Assembly (NCBI GenBank): GCA_035573955.1
Contig: DATLZO010000003.1
Span: 255 to 64,254, forward strand
Reading direction: 5' to 3'
DNA length: 64,000 nt
Origin: Minisyncoccota bacterium
GTDB lineage: Bacteria; Patescibacteriota; Minisyncoccia; UBA6257; GWB1-50-10
Shown here piece by piece: positions 18,159 through 28,500 of the stretch (position 1 is its first letter; every line of letters starts with the position of its first letter). Below the pieces are notes generated by a model, which did not search any database, was not told the DNA's origin, and was given only the letters and a program-made list of their open reading frames with translations. The position numbers and the translations under genes were made by a program.

Positions 18159-18788
18159 TTATTTATTGAAATTAGCGACAAAATTCTCGACTGCATCTTT
18201 TTCAAAGAAAGCGTACTTATGGTTTAAAAAATCTTCAACGCTCAAGTTTCCGGATGACTTCACTGATATCTTCGGGATATTCCGGCCGGCGAGGAAAACA
18301 GACCGGTTACCGGGCTTCACGACAATAAGAGCGCTCCGGTTCTTGCCTAAGAATTTGCCCAAAATACCGTTCAGAACCTTAGTCTTCGCTTCCTTTAGAT
18401 TGAATGCATCGATGATCCTCAATTCGTCGTCGGCCGCCTTTTTCGAGACAACTGAAAATAGAGCCTGTTTCCTCATTTCCTTATTGATTTTCTTCGTGTA
18501 GTCGCGTTCTTTAAGCGGTCCGTGGGTCACGCCGCCTCCTTTCCAAAGAGGAGACCGAATAGAACCGTGACGCGCATGGCCCGTCCCTTTCTGGGGCCAA
18601 GGTTTCTTGCCGCCGCCGCGAACTTCGCCGCGACCTTTCGAGTGTGCGACTGCTTTGCGCTTGTTCGCCATTATGGAAACTGCGATTTGGTGTACGAGGG
18701 ACGGTCGCCATTCCGCGGAGAAAATTTCGTCCGGCAATTCCATCTTGCCGACCTTCCTGTTCTCAATGTCATAAATCTCAGCCATCAT
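18159..18788 (-). CDS. rplD: 50S ribosomal protein L4
   Basis: KGTGHARHGS motif. Confidence 0.9.
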   Translation of the reverse strand: MMAEIYDIENRKVGKMELPDEIFSAEWRPSLVHQIAVSIMANKRKAVAHSKGRGEVRGGGKKPWPQKGTGHARHGSIRSPLWKGGGVTHGPLKERDYTKKINKEMRKQALFSVVSKKAADDELRIIDAFNLKEAKTKVLNGILGKFLGKNRSALIVVKPGNRSVFLAGRNIPKISVKSSGNLSVEDFLNHKYAFFEKDAVENFVANFNK

Positions 18789-18792
18789 GTCA

Positions 18793-19224
18793 TTATTGTT
18801 TCATTATTACGACCTCGCTTCCTCTCATGCCGGGAATAGCTCCCTTAACCTTCAATATCTTTTCGGGAGCATTGACTTCAATTACCGTCACATTTTTGAT
18901 CGTTCTCTTCTCGAGACCCATATGACCGGCCATTTTCCTTCCCTTCAAAACACGCTGAGGGGCGGTCGCGCCTATCGAACCCGGCGCCCGCAGGCGATCT
19001 TTTTGGCCGTGGCTTTTGGGACCGCCATGGAAACCGTGGCGCTTTACAACACCCTGGAAACCGCGGCCCTTGCTCTTACCACTCAAAATTATTCTGTCGC
19101 CGGGCTTCAAATCCTCGATAACGGTTCCGTCCTCGCTCTTCACTCGGATGACGGACACGGGAACGACACGGTCTTCGAACCAAACCTGGGTCATATTGAG
19201 TTTTTCTCCTTTTATCTTTGCCAT
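18793..19224 (-). CDS. rplC: 50S ribosomal protein L3 (short form)
   Basis: Matches the L3 consensus. Start set at the internal Met (MAKIKGEKLNMTQVW). Confidence 0.85.
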   Translation of the reverse strand: MAKIKGEKLNMTQVWFEDRVVPVSVIRVKSEDGTVIEDLKPGDRIILSGKSKGRGFQGVVKRHGFHGGPKSHGQKDRLRAPGSIGATAPQRVLKGRKMAGHMGLEKRTIKNVTVIEVNAPEKILKVKGAIPGMRGSEVVIMKQ

Positions 19225-19237
19225 AGCCAAGTTTAAC

Positions 19238-19269
19238 AAAAACGACCCGCCTTGAGGCGGATCGTTTTT
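19238..19269 (-). terminator. strong hairpin (14-bp stem, one mismatch, A-run/T-run flanks) between rpsJ and rplC
   Basis: AAAAACGACCCGCC-TTGA-GGCGGATCGTTTTT. Candidate attenuator or internal terminator within the S10 operon. Confidence 0.5.
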
Positions 19270-19380
19270 GTTGATATTTACGCCTAAAGCCCTAATATCC
19301 TAACCGGTTTTTATCTCCAAGTCAATACTTTGACCCAAAAGGTCTCAGTATTGATGGTGAGCTTGTCGAACCATCAATAC

Positions 19381-19713
19381 CTACCCTGTTTTTATTTCCA
19401 CATCTACGCCCCCGGGAAGGTTAAGGTCGGTAAGCGATTCAATAATCTTCTGGTTTGGATTAGGGATGTCGATAAGACGCTTGTGAACCCTCATTTCGAA
19501 CTGTTCCCTAGACTTCTTGTGGACGAAAGTAGAACGATTCACAGTGTAGCGACGGATTTCCGTAGGAAGAGGAATGGGTCCAATAACTTCTCCACCCTGG
19601 CGACGGATAGCCTCGATTATCTGCCTTGCAGAAGAATCGATAAGCCTCGCGTCGTAAGCGCGGATCCTCAGGCGCACTCTATCTTTAGTGATTTGCTCAG
19701 TTTTAATCGGCAT
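19381..19713 (-). CDS. rpsJ: 30S ribosomal protein S10
   Basis: 110-aa S10/NusE sequence. Confidence 0.9.
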   Translation of the reverse strand: MPIKTEQITKDRVRLRIRAYDARLIDSSARQIIEAIRRQGGEVIGPIPLPTEIRRYTVNRSTFVHKKSREQFEMRVHKRLIDIPNPNQKIIESLTDLNLPGGVDVEIKTG

Positions 19714-19762
19714 GAGAAGTCCTATAGGTCATATCGGACTTATTAATTAGTCTCCTATAGGT

Positions 19763-20962
19763 TCACTTATTAATCTTTGTGACGACGCCGGCACCAACCG
19801 TCTTGCCTCCTTCGCGGATAGCAAAACGCTGTTTCTCTTCGAGCGCAACTGGGGAGATGAGCTTGACGCCTAACTTCACAGTGTCGCCCGGCATAACCAT
19901 CTCAATACCCTCTGGCAGGATGACCTCACCGGTGACGTCGGTAGTGCGAATGTAAAACTGCGGCTTGTAACCCTTGAAAAACGGGGTGTGGCGGCCACCT
20001 TCTTCTTTGGAGAGAACGTAGACCTCACAGTCGAAATCGGTGTGCGGGGTGACGGAGCCGGGCTTCGCGATGACCTGGCCGCGTTCAACATCCTCCTTTT
20101 TGAGACCTCGGAGCAGGATACCGACATTGTCGCCGGCCCGAGCTTCGTCGAGCGTTTTCTGGAACATTTCGATGCCGGTTACAACAGTCTTCTGGGTAGG
20201 CCGAAGACCGATTATCTCAATTTCTTCGTTCGACTTCAGAATTCCCCGCTCGGCGCGGCCGGTGACAACAGTGCCGCGACCTTCAATCGAGAAAATGTCC
20301 TCAATAGGCATTAGGAACGGCTTATCGATCTCACGAACGGGTTCCGGAATGTAGTCATCTAGAGCTTTCACGAGCTCTAGTATGGGTTTTGCCGCTTCAT
20401 CGTCCGCCGATTTTGCTTCGAGCGCTTTGAGAGCCGAGCCGCGGATTATCGGCGTTTCATCGCCGGGGAACTCATACTTCTTGAGAAGTTCTCTGATCTC
20501 TGATTCAACGAGATCAACGAGTTCCTTGTCATCTACCATATCCACTTTGTTCAGGAAGACAACAATTGCCGGCACGCCGACCTGGCGGGCAAGCAGGATA
20601 TGCTCGCGCGTCTGGGGCATGGGACCGTCTGCCGCCGAAACCACGAGGACCGCACCGTCCATCTGAGCAGCGCCGGTGATCATGTTCTTGATGTAATCTG
20701 CGTGCCCGGGAGCGTCGATGTGCGCGTAGTGGCGCTTTTCCGACTCGTACTCGGAATGGTGGAGGGCAATGGTGATGCCGCGCGCCTTTTCCTCCGGTGC
20801 GTTGTCGATCATATCCACCGTCTCCTCTTTCTTCACGAGACCCTTCATGTGCAGCACGTGCGTAATGGCCGCGGTTAAAGTGGTTTTGCCGTGGTCAACG
20901 TGCCCAATGGTGCCCACGTTCACGTGGGGCTTCGTACGCTGGAATTTCTCTTTTTCTGCCAT
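19763..20962 (-). CDS. tuf: elongation factor Tu
   Basis: [17 protein letters not shown] and NKVD G-domain motifs. 399 aa. Confidence 0.95.
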   Translation of the reverse strand: MAEKEKFQRTKPHVNVGTIGHVDHGKTTLTAAITHVLHMKGLVKKEETVDMIDNAPEEKARGITIALHHSEYESEKRHYAHIDAPGHADYIKNMITGAAQMDGAVLVVSAADGPMPQTREHILLARQVGVPAIVVFLNKVDMVDDKELVDLVESEIRELLKKYEFPGDETPIIRGSALKALEAKSADDEAAKPILELVKALDDYIPEPVREIDKPFLMPIEDIFSIEGRGTVVTGRAERGILKSNEEIEIIGLRPTQKTVVTGIEMFQKTLDEARAGDNVGILLRGLKKEDVERGQVIAKPGSVTPHTDFDCEVYVLSKEEGGRHTPFFKGYKPQFYIRTTDVTGEVILPEGIEMVMPGDTVKLGVKLISPVALEEKQRFAIREGGKTVGAGVVTKINK

Positions 20963-21067
20963 TTCTTTTTTGTTTATTTTTACAAATGATTTTTTCGACC
21001 TCTTTTGATGAGTAAAGGTAATAATACTCTACCCTCTCTTTGTGTCAACCCCCGAGCTTTTCCCCAA

Positions 21068-23173
21068 TCACTTCTTTCTTCCCTCGATTATCGCTTCGGC
21101 GACAGAGGCAGGCACTTCCTCGTAGTGGGAAAATTCCATCGTGAATGAACCGCGGCCTTCTGTCATGGAACGGAGTGTTGTAGAGTAACCGAACATCTCG
21201 GAGAGAGGGACGAGAGCGTCCACGGTGCGGACAGTGCCTCGCTCGCCCATCGCCTTTACCTTGCCACGCTTGGAACTCAAATCGCCCGTCACGTCACCTA
21301 AGAAATCGGGCGGAACGATAACCTGCACCTTCATGATGGGCTCGAGAAGCACGGCTTTGCCGCGCTTTGCCGCCTCCTGAAAGGCCATCGCCGCGGCGAT
21401 TTTGAAAGCAATTTCGGAAGAGTCCACCTCGTGGTAAGAACCGTCGTAGAGGGTGACTTTCACGTCGACAAACGGATATCCGGCAACAACACCCTTGTCC
21501 ATCGCTTCGTGGATTCCCTTCTCGACGGCGGGAATGAATTCTTGCGGAATGACACCGCCTTTGATGGCATCAATGAACTCAAAACCCGTTCCCCGCTCGC
21601 GCGGTTCGAGTTTCAGCCAAACATGGCCGTACTGGCCGCGGCCACCGGACTGGCGGATATACTTACCCTCAGCCTCCGCCGGAACTTTAAGCGTCTCCTT
21701 ATATGCAACCTGCGGTCGGCCGACATTCGCTTCAACTTTGAACTCGCGTTTCATCCGGTCAACAATAATTTCCAAATGAAGCTCGCCCATACCGGAGATA
21801 ATTGTTTCACCGGTCTCCTGGTCGCCGCCGACGCGAAAAGTTGGATCCTCTTCAGCCAGACGCCGGAGAGCAATGCCCATTTTTTCCTGGTCAGCTTTTG
21901 TCTTCGGTTCGATGCGCACGGAAATGACCGGTTCGGGGAAGGTTATCTGCTCGAGTACAATTGGTTTGTCAGGATCGCAGAGCGTGTCGCCAGTCGTGGT
22001 ATCCTTCAAACCAACAAGCGCACCCAAATCGCCAGCGTAGATCTCCTCGGCCTCTTCCCTATGGTTCGCGTGCATCCGCAAGATGCGACTTACCCTTTCT
22101 TGTGAACCCTTGGTGGAATTGAAAATGTAACTGCCCCGCTTCATCACGCCCGAATAGACGCGGAAGAAAGTTAAAGAACCGACGAACGGATCGGAGGCGA
22201 TTTTGAAAGCAAGTGCCGCAAGCGGTTCTTCGTCTTTTGGATGTCTTTCCTCCTCCGTGTGGTTCGTCGGGTTTATGCCTTTCACGGGCGGAATGTCAAC
22301 CGGGGACGGAAGGTAGTCGATTACGGCATCGAGCATCAACTGAACTCCCTTGTTTTTCAGCGCCGAGCCGCAAAGAACCGGCACGAGGGTATTCTCGATG
22401 GTCGCCTTGCGCAAAACTTCTTTCAGTTTATCTATTGAAGGCTCCTTACCTTCCAAATATTCGTGCATCGCTCCATCGTCGTGTTCGACAATTTTCTCGA
22501 TGAGCCGGTGGCGATATTCCTCCGTCTCATTTTTGAGATTTTCGGGAACATCGCCTTCGACAACTCGTTCGCCCTTCTCACCCTCGAAGCGATAGGCCTT
22601 CCGTGTTAAAAGGTCAATCACACCTTCAAAATTACTTTCCAGCCCGATGGGTATCTGAAGCGGCACGGCGTTCGGAGTGAGACGCTCCAGGATGGATTTA
22701 TAGCTTCCCTCCCAACTCGCGCCAGTCCGGTCAAGTTTGTTGATGAAACAAAGACGCGGCACTTTGTATTCGTCGGCGTAGTGCCAGTTTGTTTCCGATT
22801 GCGGTTCAACGCCCGCGACTCCGTCGAAAACGACAACTGCTCCATCCAGGACACGCAAGCTGCGCTTCACTTCAACGGTGAAATCAATGTGACCGGGAGT
22901 GTCAATCAAATTGATGCGGTGCTCGAAATTCTTGTCATTTTTCCGATAGGTCGGAACCCAGAAACATGTGGTCGCGGCCGAAGTGATGGTAATGCCGCGT
23001 TCCCGCTCCTGCTCCATCCAATCCATAACTGTGTCGCCTTCGTGGACCTCACCGATCTTGTGGGAAACACCCGTGTAGAAAAGAATACGTTCGGAAACGG
23101 TGGTCTTCCCGGCGTCGATATGAGCGATGATGCCGATGTCTCGGACTTTTTCAATCGGATACTGCCTTGCCAT
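21068..23173 (-). CDS. fusA: elongation factor G
   Basis: [10 protein letters not shown]-loop and the five EF-G domains. Start set at [12 protein letters not shown], because the upstream ORF extension overlaps rpsG. Confidence 0.9.
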   Translation of the reverse strand: MARQYPIEKVRDIGIIAHIDAGKTTVSERILFYTGVSHKIGEVHEGDTVMDWMEQERERGITITSAATTCFWVPTYRKNDKNFEHRINLIDTPGHIDFTVEVKRSLRVLDGAVVVFDGVAGVEPQSETNWHYADEYKVPRLCFINKLDRTGASWEGSYKSILERLTPNAVPLQIPIGLESNFEGVIDLLTRKAYRFEGEKGERVVEGDVPENLKNETEEYRHRLIEKIVEHDDGAMHEYLEGKEPSIDKLKEVLRKATIENTLVPVLCGSALKNKGVQLMLDAVIDYLPSPVDIPPVKGINPTNHTEEERHPKDEEPLAALAFKIASDPFVGSLTFFRVYSGVMKRGSYIFNSTKGSQERVSRILRMHANHREEAEEIYAGDLGALVGLKDTTTGDTLCDPDKPIVLEQITFPEPVISVRIEPKTKADQEKMGIALRRLAEEDPTFRVGGDQETGETIISGMGELHLEIIVDRMKREFKVEANVGRPQVAYKETLKVPAEAEGKYIRQSGGRGQYGHVWLKLEPRERGTGFEFIDAIKGGVIPQEFIPAVEKGIHEAMDKGVVAGYPFVDVKVTLYDGSYHEVDSSEIAFKIAAAMAFQEAAKRGKAVLLEPIMKVQVIVPPDFLGDVTGDLSSKRGKVKAMGERGTVRTVDALVPLSEMFGYSTTLRSMTEGRGSFTMEFSHYEEVPASVAEAIIEGRKK

Positions 23174-23174
23174 A

Positions 23175-23654
23175 TTACCTCTTCTTTCGGAGAAAACTCG
23201 CGAAAGCACGGTTAGCTTCCGCCATGCGGTGAGTGTCCTGTTTCTTTTTAATGGCAGCGCCCTCGCCTTTTGAAGCCGCAAGAAGTTCTTCGGCGAGCTT
23301 CTCCGCGATGGGCTTTCCTTTCTTTGACCGGGCGGCAGAAATTATCCAGTGGGTGGCGAGAAAAAACTGACGGTCGGGAGCAACTTCCTGCGGAATCTGG
23401 TAATTCGCGCCGCCGACACGTCGCGAGCGGACCTCAACTAGAGGCGATGCATTCGCGATTGCTCTCTCAAAAACTTTGATGGGCTCTTCTTTCGACTGTT
23501 TGCTAATCACTTTGAGGGCGCCATAAAATGCCTTTTCGGCAGCGTTCTTACGGCCACCCGTCATTAAATAGTTCACGAAGCGGCTGACATCGACCCGATT
23601 ATATTCCGGGTCGCCTTGCCGCTCCCTCTTCTTGTAGGAACCTCTCTTTCTCAT
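23175..23654 (-). CDS. rpsG: 30S ribosomal protein S7
   Basis: Sequence and str-operon position. Confidence 0.9.
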   Translation of the reverse strand: MRKRGSYKKRERQGDPEYNRVDVSRFVNYLMTGGRKNAAEKAFYGALKVISKQSKEEPIKVFERAIANASPLVEVRSRRVGGANYQIPQEVAPDRQFFLATHWIISAARSKKGKPIAEKLAEELLAASKGEGAAIKKKQDTHRMAEANRAFASFLRKKR

Positions 23655-23657
23655 GGT

Positions 23658-24071
23658 TTATTTCTTAGGGAGCTTGGCACCGTATTTTGAGCGCTGCTGC
23701 TTGCGAGCCTCCACGCCCTGCGTGTCTAAAACACCCCTCACTATGTGGTAGCGAACGCCCGGCAAGTCCTTCACCCTTCCGCCGCGGAGGAGGACCACCG
23801 AGTGTTCCTGAAGGTTATGGCCTTCACCTGGAATGTAAGCGGTCACTTCCATGCCGTTCGTGAGCCGGACGCGGGCGACTTTTCGTAGCGCCGAGTTCGG
23901 CTTCTTCGGTGTTGTGGTGAAAACTTTAAGGCAAACTCCCCTTTTGAAAGGCGATGGTGAATCCACGGGCCGGTTTTTCTGGTAGTTAAAATAAAAACCC
24001 AAAGCCGGCGCTTTGGTTTTGGCAACCGTCCTCTTTCTGCCTTTTTTGATCAATTGCCCGATGGTAGGCAT
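23658..24071 (-). CDS. rpsL: 30S ribosomal protein S12
   Basis: [12 protein letters not shown]-terminus, [11 protein letters not shown] motif. Confidence 0.9.
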   Translation of the reverse strand: MPTIGQLIKKGRKRTVAKTKAPALGFYFNYQKNRPVDSPSPFKRGVCLKVFTTTPKKPNSALRKVARVRLTNGMEVTAYIPGEGHNLQEHSVVLLRGGRVKDLPGVRYHIVRGVLDTQGVEARKQQRSKYGAKLPKK

Positions 24072-24092
24072 GTTTCTTAAAAGTCGCGATTT

Positions 24093-24120
24093 AGAATACA
24101 TTATGTGCTTGAAATGTCAA
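24093..24120 (-). promoter_or_regulatory. sigma70-like promoter candidate for the str/S10 operon (TTGACA-16-TATTCT)
   Basis: Perfect -35 hexamer on the minus strand, about 45 bp upstream of the rpsL start. Confidence 0.4.
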
Positions 24121-24189
24121 ATTTTTGCTTGTTTTTAAATGCGTTGTCGTGCTTTAGTAATCCTAAAAAAACTTCATAAAACGCGAGAG

Positions 24190-24217
24190 CCCCGTGTGCG
24201 ATGTTTTGCACACGGGG
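24190..24217 (-). terminator. hairpin CCCCGTGTGC-GATGTTTT-GCACACGGGG downstream of GC-rich ORF 24275-24916
   Basis: Perfect 10-bp stem. It sits inside the flanking inverted repeat CGCGAGAG / CTCTCGCG. Confidence 0.5.
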
Positions 24218-24274
24218 CCTTGCTGCTCTCGCGCGAGGGGTATTCAAGTTCAAGGGTTTAAAAGTCCCAAGAAC

Positions 24275-24916
24275 CTAAATTCCAAGCGCTATTTGCGGAG
24301 AGCGAAGACCGGCGAACCACCAGTCGTCACTCCAGTCACGGCCGTCGCGGTTGACGCGCACGCGGCGCCCGTCGTCCCAGTGCCGGTCGAAGGCGGCATA
24401 GCACCAACGGCCATCCGCGTCCTTCCAGTGGGTGCCGTTGGGACGTTCGTCGGCGAAGGCCGGGTCAGCACCGTTCACGGCCGCGAGGGAGTACGGGTCG
24501 GCGGGCATGAGACCGCGAAGCTCGTACTCCTTCTCGAGGTCGTTGTCCGAGACGTAACGTCCGAGGTTGAAAAAGATCACTTCAACCTCTTCGCCCTCGC
24601 CGCGCGGCATGGCGGCAACCACACTGCGGTTGGTATACTGCTTCCGGCCGGTGGCATCGAGCGCCTCCTGCGGGGTGCGGGAGCGGTCCACCTTGACGCG
24701 GCGGATGATGAGATTGCTCACCGCCTCGACGAGCTGCCGGAAAGGCTCCAAGAGCCGCATACCCAGGTTGTCCGTACCGAGGACTTTCTGAACCGGCTCC
24801 GATCCGAACTCTTCCCGGTGCTTCCGCAATGCGTCGCGGAGTCTCGCCACCACGTTCTCGATCTGACCATCGGTCATCTTCTGCCGCTCCGCGGATGCGA
24901 TCATGGTTCTCTCCAT
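24275..24916 (-). CDS. hypothetical Trp/Asp/Arg-rich protein, compositionally foreign (high GC/GC3)
   Basis: Intact ORF. The most likely start is MERTMIAS at 24916, preceded by a perfect AAAGGAGGA Shine-Dalgarno. The C-terminus (WKDADGRWCYAAFDRHWDDGRRVRVNRDGRDWSDDWWFAGL) matches no family I recognise. Confidence 0.5.
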   Translation of the reverse strand: MERTMIASAERQKMTDGQIENVVARLRDALRKHREEFGSEPVQKVLGTDNLGMRLLEPFRQLVEAVSNLIIRRVKVDRSRTPQEALDATGRKQYTNRSVVAAMPRGEGEEVEVIFFNLGRYVSDNDLEKEYELRGLMPADPYSLAAVNGADPAFADERPNGTHWKDADGRWCYAAFDRHWDDGRRVRVNRDGRDWSDDWWFAGLRSPQIALGI

Positions 24917-25060
24917 GGCGTCATCCTCCTTTTGTTTCGGCAAGCCCCCGATTTCCGCCCTATGCGGAAATCTAAAGGTCTGCCAACTTGTACTAGAATA
25001 GTTAGACACCAAAAAACACTATTTTGTCAATATTATCGAAAATAGCACCTAAGGGGAGAA

Positions 25061-25094
25061 GAAATGGTGGTATGACGCGTCATACCACCATTTC
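25061..25094. terminator. 34-bp perfect palindrome GAAATGGTGGTATGACG|CGTCATACCACCATTTC
   Basis: Lies between the M50 peptidase gene end and the GC-rich ORF start. Candidate terminator or operator. Confidence 0.45.
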
Positions 25095-25123
25095 TAAGTC
25101 TCTTCCAAAGGTTTTTCTAAAAT

Positions 25124-25738
25124 CTAAAAACCGAAGGCCTGGCCGACGACGAGCGAAAAAAGAAAATCGGCGATAGGAGGTAATACCCAAAAAGCTACAA
25201 GGAGCGCAATGAACAAACCTAAAAAACCGAGACTAAGAAACCTTTGAAAAACAGAAGGGAACGCATCCATGAAAATTTTGCTCCCGTCGAGTGGCGGGAA
25301 AGGCAGAAGATTGAAAAGCCCGAGAAAAATATTCACGTAAACAATGGTGGCAAGTGCTTCTGCGAAAAGCGGGGCGGAAGAAAAAGAGAAAAAGTAAGGC
25401 AGGAGCCTCAAGACGATGCCTAAAACCAGAGCGATTAAAAGATTAGCCCCGGGGCCTGCCACCCCGACTTTCAGGGACCCGTAACGCTTGTCGCGGAGGT
25501 TCAACGGGTTGTAGGGCACGGGCTTGGCCCAACCGATGAAAATGCCGGAAGTGAAAAGAAGCAAAAGCGGGACAAGAACAGTTCCAACAGGATCAAGATG
25601 GACCAGAGGATTTAATGTGAGCCGGCCGGCGTTCTTGGCAGTCGTATCTCCCAACCTATAAGCGGTGAGGGCGTGGGCATATTCGTGGAAAACTGCCGAA
25701 AGAACGATGATGACGTAAAGAAATAACTTAAACTCCAT
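25124..25738 (-). CDS. membrane zinc metallopeptidase, M50 (site-2 protease / SpoIVFB-like) family
   Basis: HEYAH (HExxH) in a transmembrane helix, plus the downstream NLLPFPPLDG motif. Confidence 0.75.
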   Translation of the reverse strand: MEFKLFLYVIIVLSAVFHEYAHALTAYRLGDTTAKNAGRLTLNPLVHLDPVGTVLVPLLLLFTSGIFIGWAKPVPYNPLNLRDKRYGSLKVGVAGPGANLLIALVLGIVLRLLPYFFSFSSAPLFAEALATIVYVNIFLGLFNLLPFPPLDGSKIFMDAFPSVFQRFLSLGFLGLFIALLVAFWVLPPIADFLFSLVVGQAFGF

Positions 25739-25801
25739 AATTAAGAATTATACAGGAACTTGCATCATAAACCCAAAACCTATAATCTATTACCTAATAA
25801 C

Positions 25802-25993
25802 ATGAGAGCCTGTGCAGTTTGTGGAAAATCCTACCAGATGGGCGGCACACGTCGTCTTTTGCGCGGCCACTATAACCCGACAAAGCGAGGTAAGAAAAAA
25901 GCCAATCTCCAGTGGACCAAAGCTCTCCGCGCCGGCGGCCGCGCGCTCGTCTGCACTCGCTGTTTGAAAACCCTGACCAAGAAGGGGCGATAG
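25802..25993 (+). CDS. rpmB: 50S ribosomal protein L28
   Basis: MRACAVCGKS...RRF.PN L28 pattern. Start set at the internal Met. Confidence 0.75.
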   Translation: MRACAVCGKSYQMGGTRRLLRGHYNPTKRGKKKANLQWTKALRAGGRALVCTRCLKTLTKKGR

Positions 25994-25996
25994 TTT

Positions 25997-26070
25997 CGGA
26001 GTGTCGTATAGTGGCAGTACGCATGCATGGGGTGCATGTAGCCCGAGTTCGATTCTCGGCACTCCGACCA
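25997..26070 (+). tRNA. tRNA-Pro (anticodon GGG)
   Basis: Hand-folded. Acceptor CGGAGTG/CACTCCG, anticodon stem CATGC/GCATG with loop ATGGGGT, T-arm CCGAG-TTCGATT-CTCGG, discriminator A, encoded CCA. Confidence 0.7.
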
Positions 26071-26211
26071 ATCAAGAAATTTTAAAAATTAAGGGGAGTG
26101 TTTGACTGCCTCGCGAGGCGCGGCATCATTCGGGATTTCGTTCAAAAAAGGTTCGCGCTTCGTTCAGTAATTGCGACAATTTGGGACCGGCAGGTTGAAT
26201 AATCCAGGAAA

Positions 26212-26574
26212 ATGTGCTATGCTAAAGCTATGAATTTCGAGGTTCTGCCAATGGAACAACCCCAGGAAAAACCAAAGAAGGTGAAAATTGCCATTCCGGG
26301 CGGCGGCGAAGCCACCCTGAGCCCCGAAGAGGCGAAAAAACACGAGGACTTTGAAAAACGTCGTTTGATGTTGGAAAGGAACGAAAAGCAGGAAGCGATA
26401 GAATTGACAACCGAAGAAACATCCGAGGAATTCTCTCCCGAAGACGAGGAAATATTGAAGGAAGTCGTTCCAGACGCGAAAACTCGCGGCAATTTGAGCC
26501 CGGAAGTCGCGAGATATCTCATAAACACGAAGAAAGAAGAAAAAGGGAGCGGCGAAAGAAAAGCGGCGGCTTAA
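26212..26574 (+). CDS. small acidic hypothetical protein
   Basis: 120-aa ORF rich in E/K/P. Convergent with metG. No recognisable domain. Confidence 0.35.
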   Translation: MCYAKAMNFEVLPMEQPQEKPKKVKIAIPGGGEATLSPEEAKKHEDFEKRRLMLERNEKQEAIELTTEETSEEFSPEDEEILKEVVPDAKTRGNLSPEVARYLINTKKEEKGSGERKAAA

Positions 26575-28046
26575 TGAACCTCGAAACGAGGGAAAAGCGG
26601 TTGAATCTTTTTTGGTTTAAAAACCCAAACAGTATCGCTTGGGGACACTCCCAATCCCGCAAAAATTCTATCTGAAGTATCGGGTAAAAACGGCCTCACC
26701 AAAAAAGCGATATTCCCAAGACTGTAGAGCAAAGAATAGATTACCTTTTTATCCTTGGATTCCCAGGGTTTTTTTGTCTGTATGAACTCATCGATCGAAT
26801 GGATCAGGTCCCAGACTTTCCTGATCGCTCCATTGGTATTAAAAGGGTGACTCGATGAAAGGCTGAATTCGGCATTGTATTCGCCCCATGTCCCGTCTAT
26901 CAAGCTTTTCAGATTCCCATCCACCTCCAAACCGGATGAATCAAACCCTTCCCCCAAAGTCAAAATACGGGCTGCGAGATTCCCTAAACCGTTTGCAAGG
27001 TCGGCGTTGTAGCGGGTAATGAATTTATCCCTTGTAAAATCGCCGTCCTCCGTCGCCGGTATTTCTGCGAGTAAAAAGTAGCGCAAAGCGTCGGCACCAA
27101 ATTCCTTGATGTAATCTTCGGGATCGATAACATTGCCGACAGTTTTGGACATTTTCTGACCGCCTGAATTTACGAAACCGTGGACAAAAAGAGTCTTGGG
27201 AAGAGGAAGGTCTGCTGAAAAAAGTATCGCCGGCCAATAGACGGCGTGAAAGCGGATGATGTCCTTGCCGATGACGTGCACGTCAGCGGGCCACCATTTT
27301 TCGAATTTCCCCTTGTTTGTACCGAAACCGATCGTAGTTAGATAGATTCCCAAAGCGTCGAACCACACGTAAATTCGCTGGCTTGGATCGCCGGGGCACG
27401 GTACACCCCAGTTTTTGGCGCGGTCATTCGACCGGGAAACACTGAAATCCTCGAGGCCACCTTTTATGAAGTTTAAAACCTCTTTTTGGCGGGAATCGGG
27501 AATTATTCTGTAATCGCCGCTCCCGATCAGTTCTTCCAATTTCTTCTGGTATCTCGAGAGACGGAAAAAATAATTCTCCTCCGCCACCAATTCAGGTTTG
27601 GTCTGATGGTCCGGGCATAAACCGTTAACCAAATCCTTTTCCGTCAAAAACGCTTCATGGCCCACGCAATAGAGACCATCGTAAGATTTTTTGTAGATGT
27701 CACCTCTTGCTTCGCACCGCTTCCACAATTCCACAACACCCGGCCAGTGGTTTTTTTGGTCCGAGCCGCGGCCGAAACCGTCGTACCTCACATTCAACTT
27801 GGAAGCGAAATCCCCGAAAAGCTTTGCGTTTCTGTCGATTAATTCCTGAACCGGAACGCCTTCTTTCTCGGCTGCCCGAACATTCTTTAGGGCGTTTTCG
27901 TCGGCGCCGGTTGTGAGATAAACCTCGTCGCCCTTCAGGCTCCGATAACGGGCGATGACATCAGCTTGAACAAACTCCAAAGCATGGCCCAGGTGTGGTG
28001 GGGCGTTCACATAAGGGATGGCGGTGGTCAGATAAAACTTGTTCAT
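26571..28046 (-). CDS. metG: methionyl-tRNA synthetase
   Basis: Class I HLGH motif (PHLGHALEF) and KMSKT motif. 491 aa. Confidence 0.9.
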   Translation of the reverse strand: MNKFYLTTAIPYVNAPPHLGHALEFVQADVIARYRSLKGDEVYLTTGADENALKNVRAAEKEGVPVQELIDRNAKLFGDFASKLNVRYDGFGRGSDQKNHWPGVVELWKRCEARGDIYKKSYDGLYCVGHEAFLTEKDLVNGLCPDHQTKPELVAEENYFFRLSRYQKKLEELIGSGDYRIIPDSRQKEVLNFIKGGLEDFSVSRSNDRAKNWGVPCPGDPSQRIYVWFDALGIYLTTIGFGTNKGKFEKWWPADVHVIGKDIIRFHAVYWPAILFSADLPLPKTLFVHGFVNSGGQKMSKTVGNVIDPEDYIKEFGADALRYFLLAEIPATEDGDFTRDKFITRYNADLANGLGNLAARILTLGEGFDSSGLEVDGNLKSLIDGTWGEYNAEFSLSSSHPFNTNGAIRKVWDLIHSIDEFIQTKKPWESKDKKVIYSLLYSLGNIAFLVRPFLPDTSDRIFAGLGVSPSDTVWVFKPKKIQPLFPRFEVH

Positions 28047-28117
28047 AAAATCATGATAATCATTTGTTTTCAGAAAAACAAAAACCGCTCCTCGCGGCTC
28101 TCTAATAAAAAAATGGT

Positions 28118-28500
28118 TGCATAAATCCCGCTTTTAGTTGTTCCCGGCTGAAATACACAATTGGTTCCGCATCCCGCGCCCCAGGACAAACCAGCAGGCG
28201 GGGGAAATTAGAAACCTTGGTGTTTTTGATATTACTTGATCCGGAACTAAAAACGGGATCAAATTTAGTATGGCCGCCTTTTGTGAAAAATCAATAGGAA
28301 TTTGTAAATAAATTGTATACAGAGAGTGGAAAAACAAACTAAAATCCCGCCCTAAGATTATCCCGGCTGTAATTTAGGTGGGTTTCCCCTCCTCTGAAAA
28401 CCCGGACAAACCGGCGTTTCAGAGTGAAGTCGGAATCCCTTTGGGAATACACTTGACCCGGAATCTAAAGAACGGGATTCACTCCCATTATAGACCATCT
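28118..28500. repeat. tandem pair of ~200-bp noncoding elements with block-wise conservation
   Basis: Four conserved blocks in the same order in both copies: AAATCCCGC, TCCCGGCTG, GGACAAACC and ACTTGAYCCGGAAYCTAAARAACGGGAT. Each unit is closed by complementary ATCCCG ... CGGGAT. Confidence 0.5.

Noticed and set aside
21431-22105. 224-aa plus-strand ORF inside fusA
   Set aside because: It is antisense to a highly conserved EF-G coding region and has no motif. It is a typical shadow ORF.
24194-25045. 283-aa plus-strand ORF opposite GC-island gene 3
   Set aside because: A long antisense ORF is expected by chance in GC-rich sequence (few AT-rich stop codons). The minus-strand ORF has a perfect SD and a terminator, and this one has neither.
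25790-26075. Two 93-aa minus-strand ORFs
   Set aside because: They overlap L28 and the hand-folded tRNA-Pro, so they are spurious.
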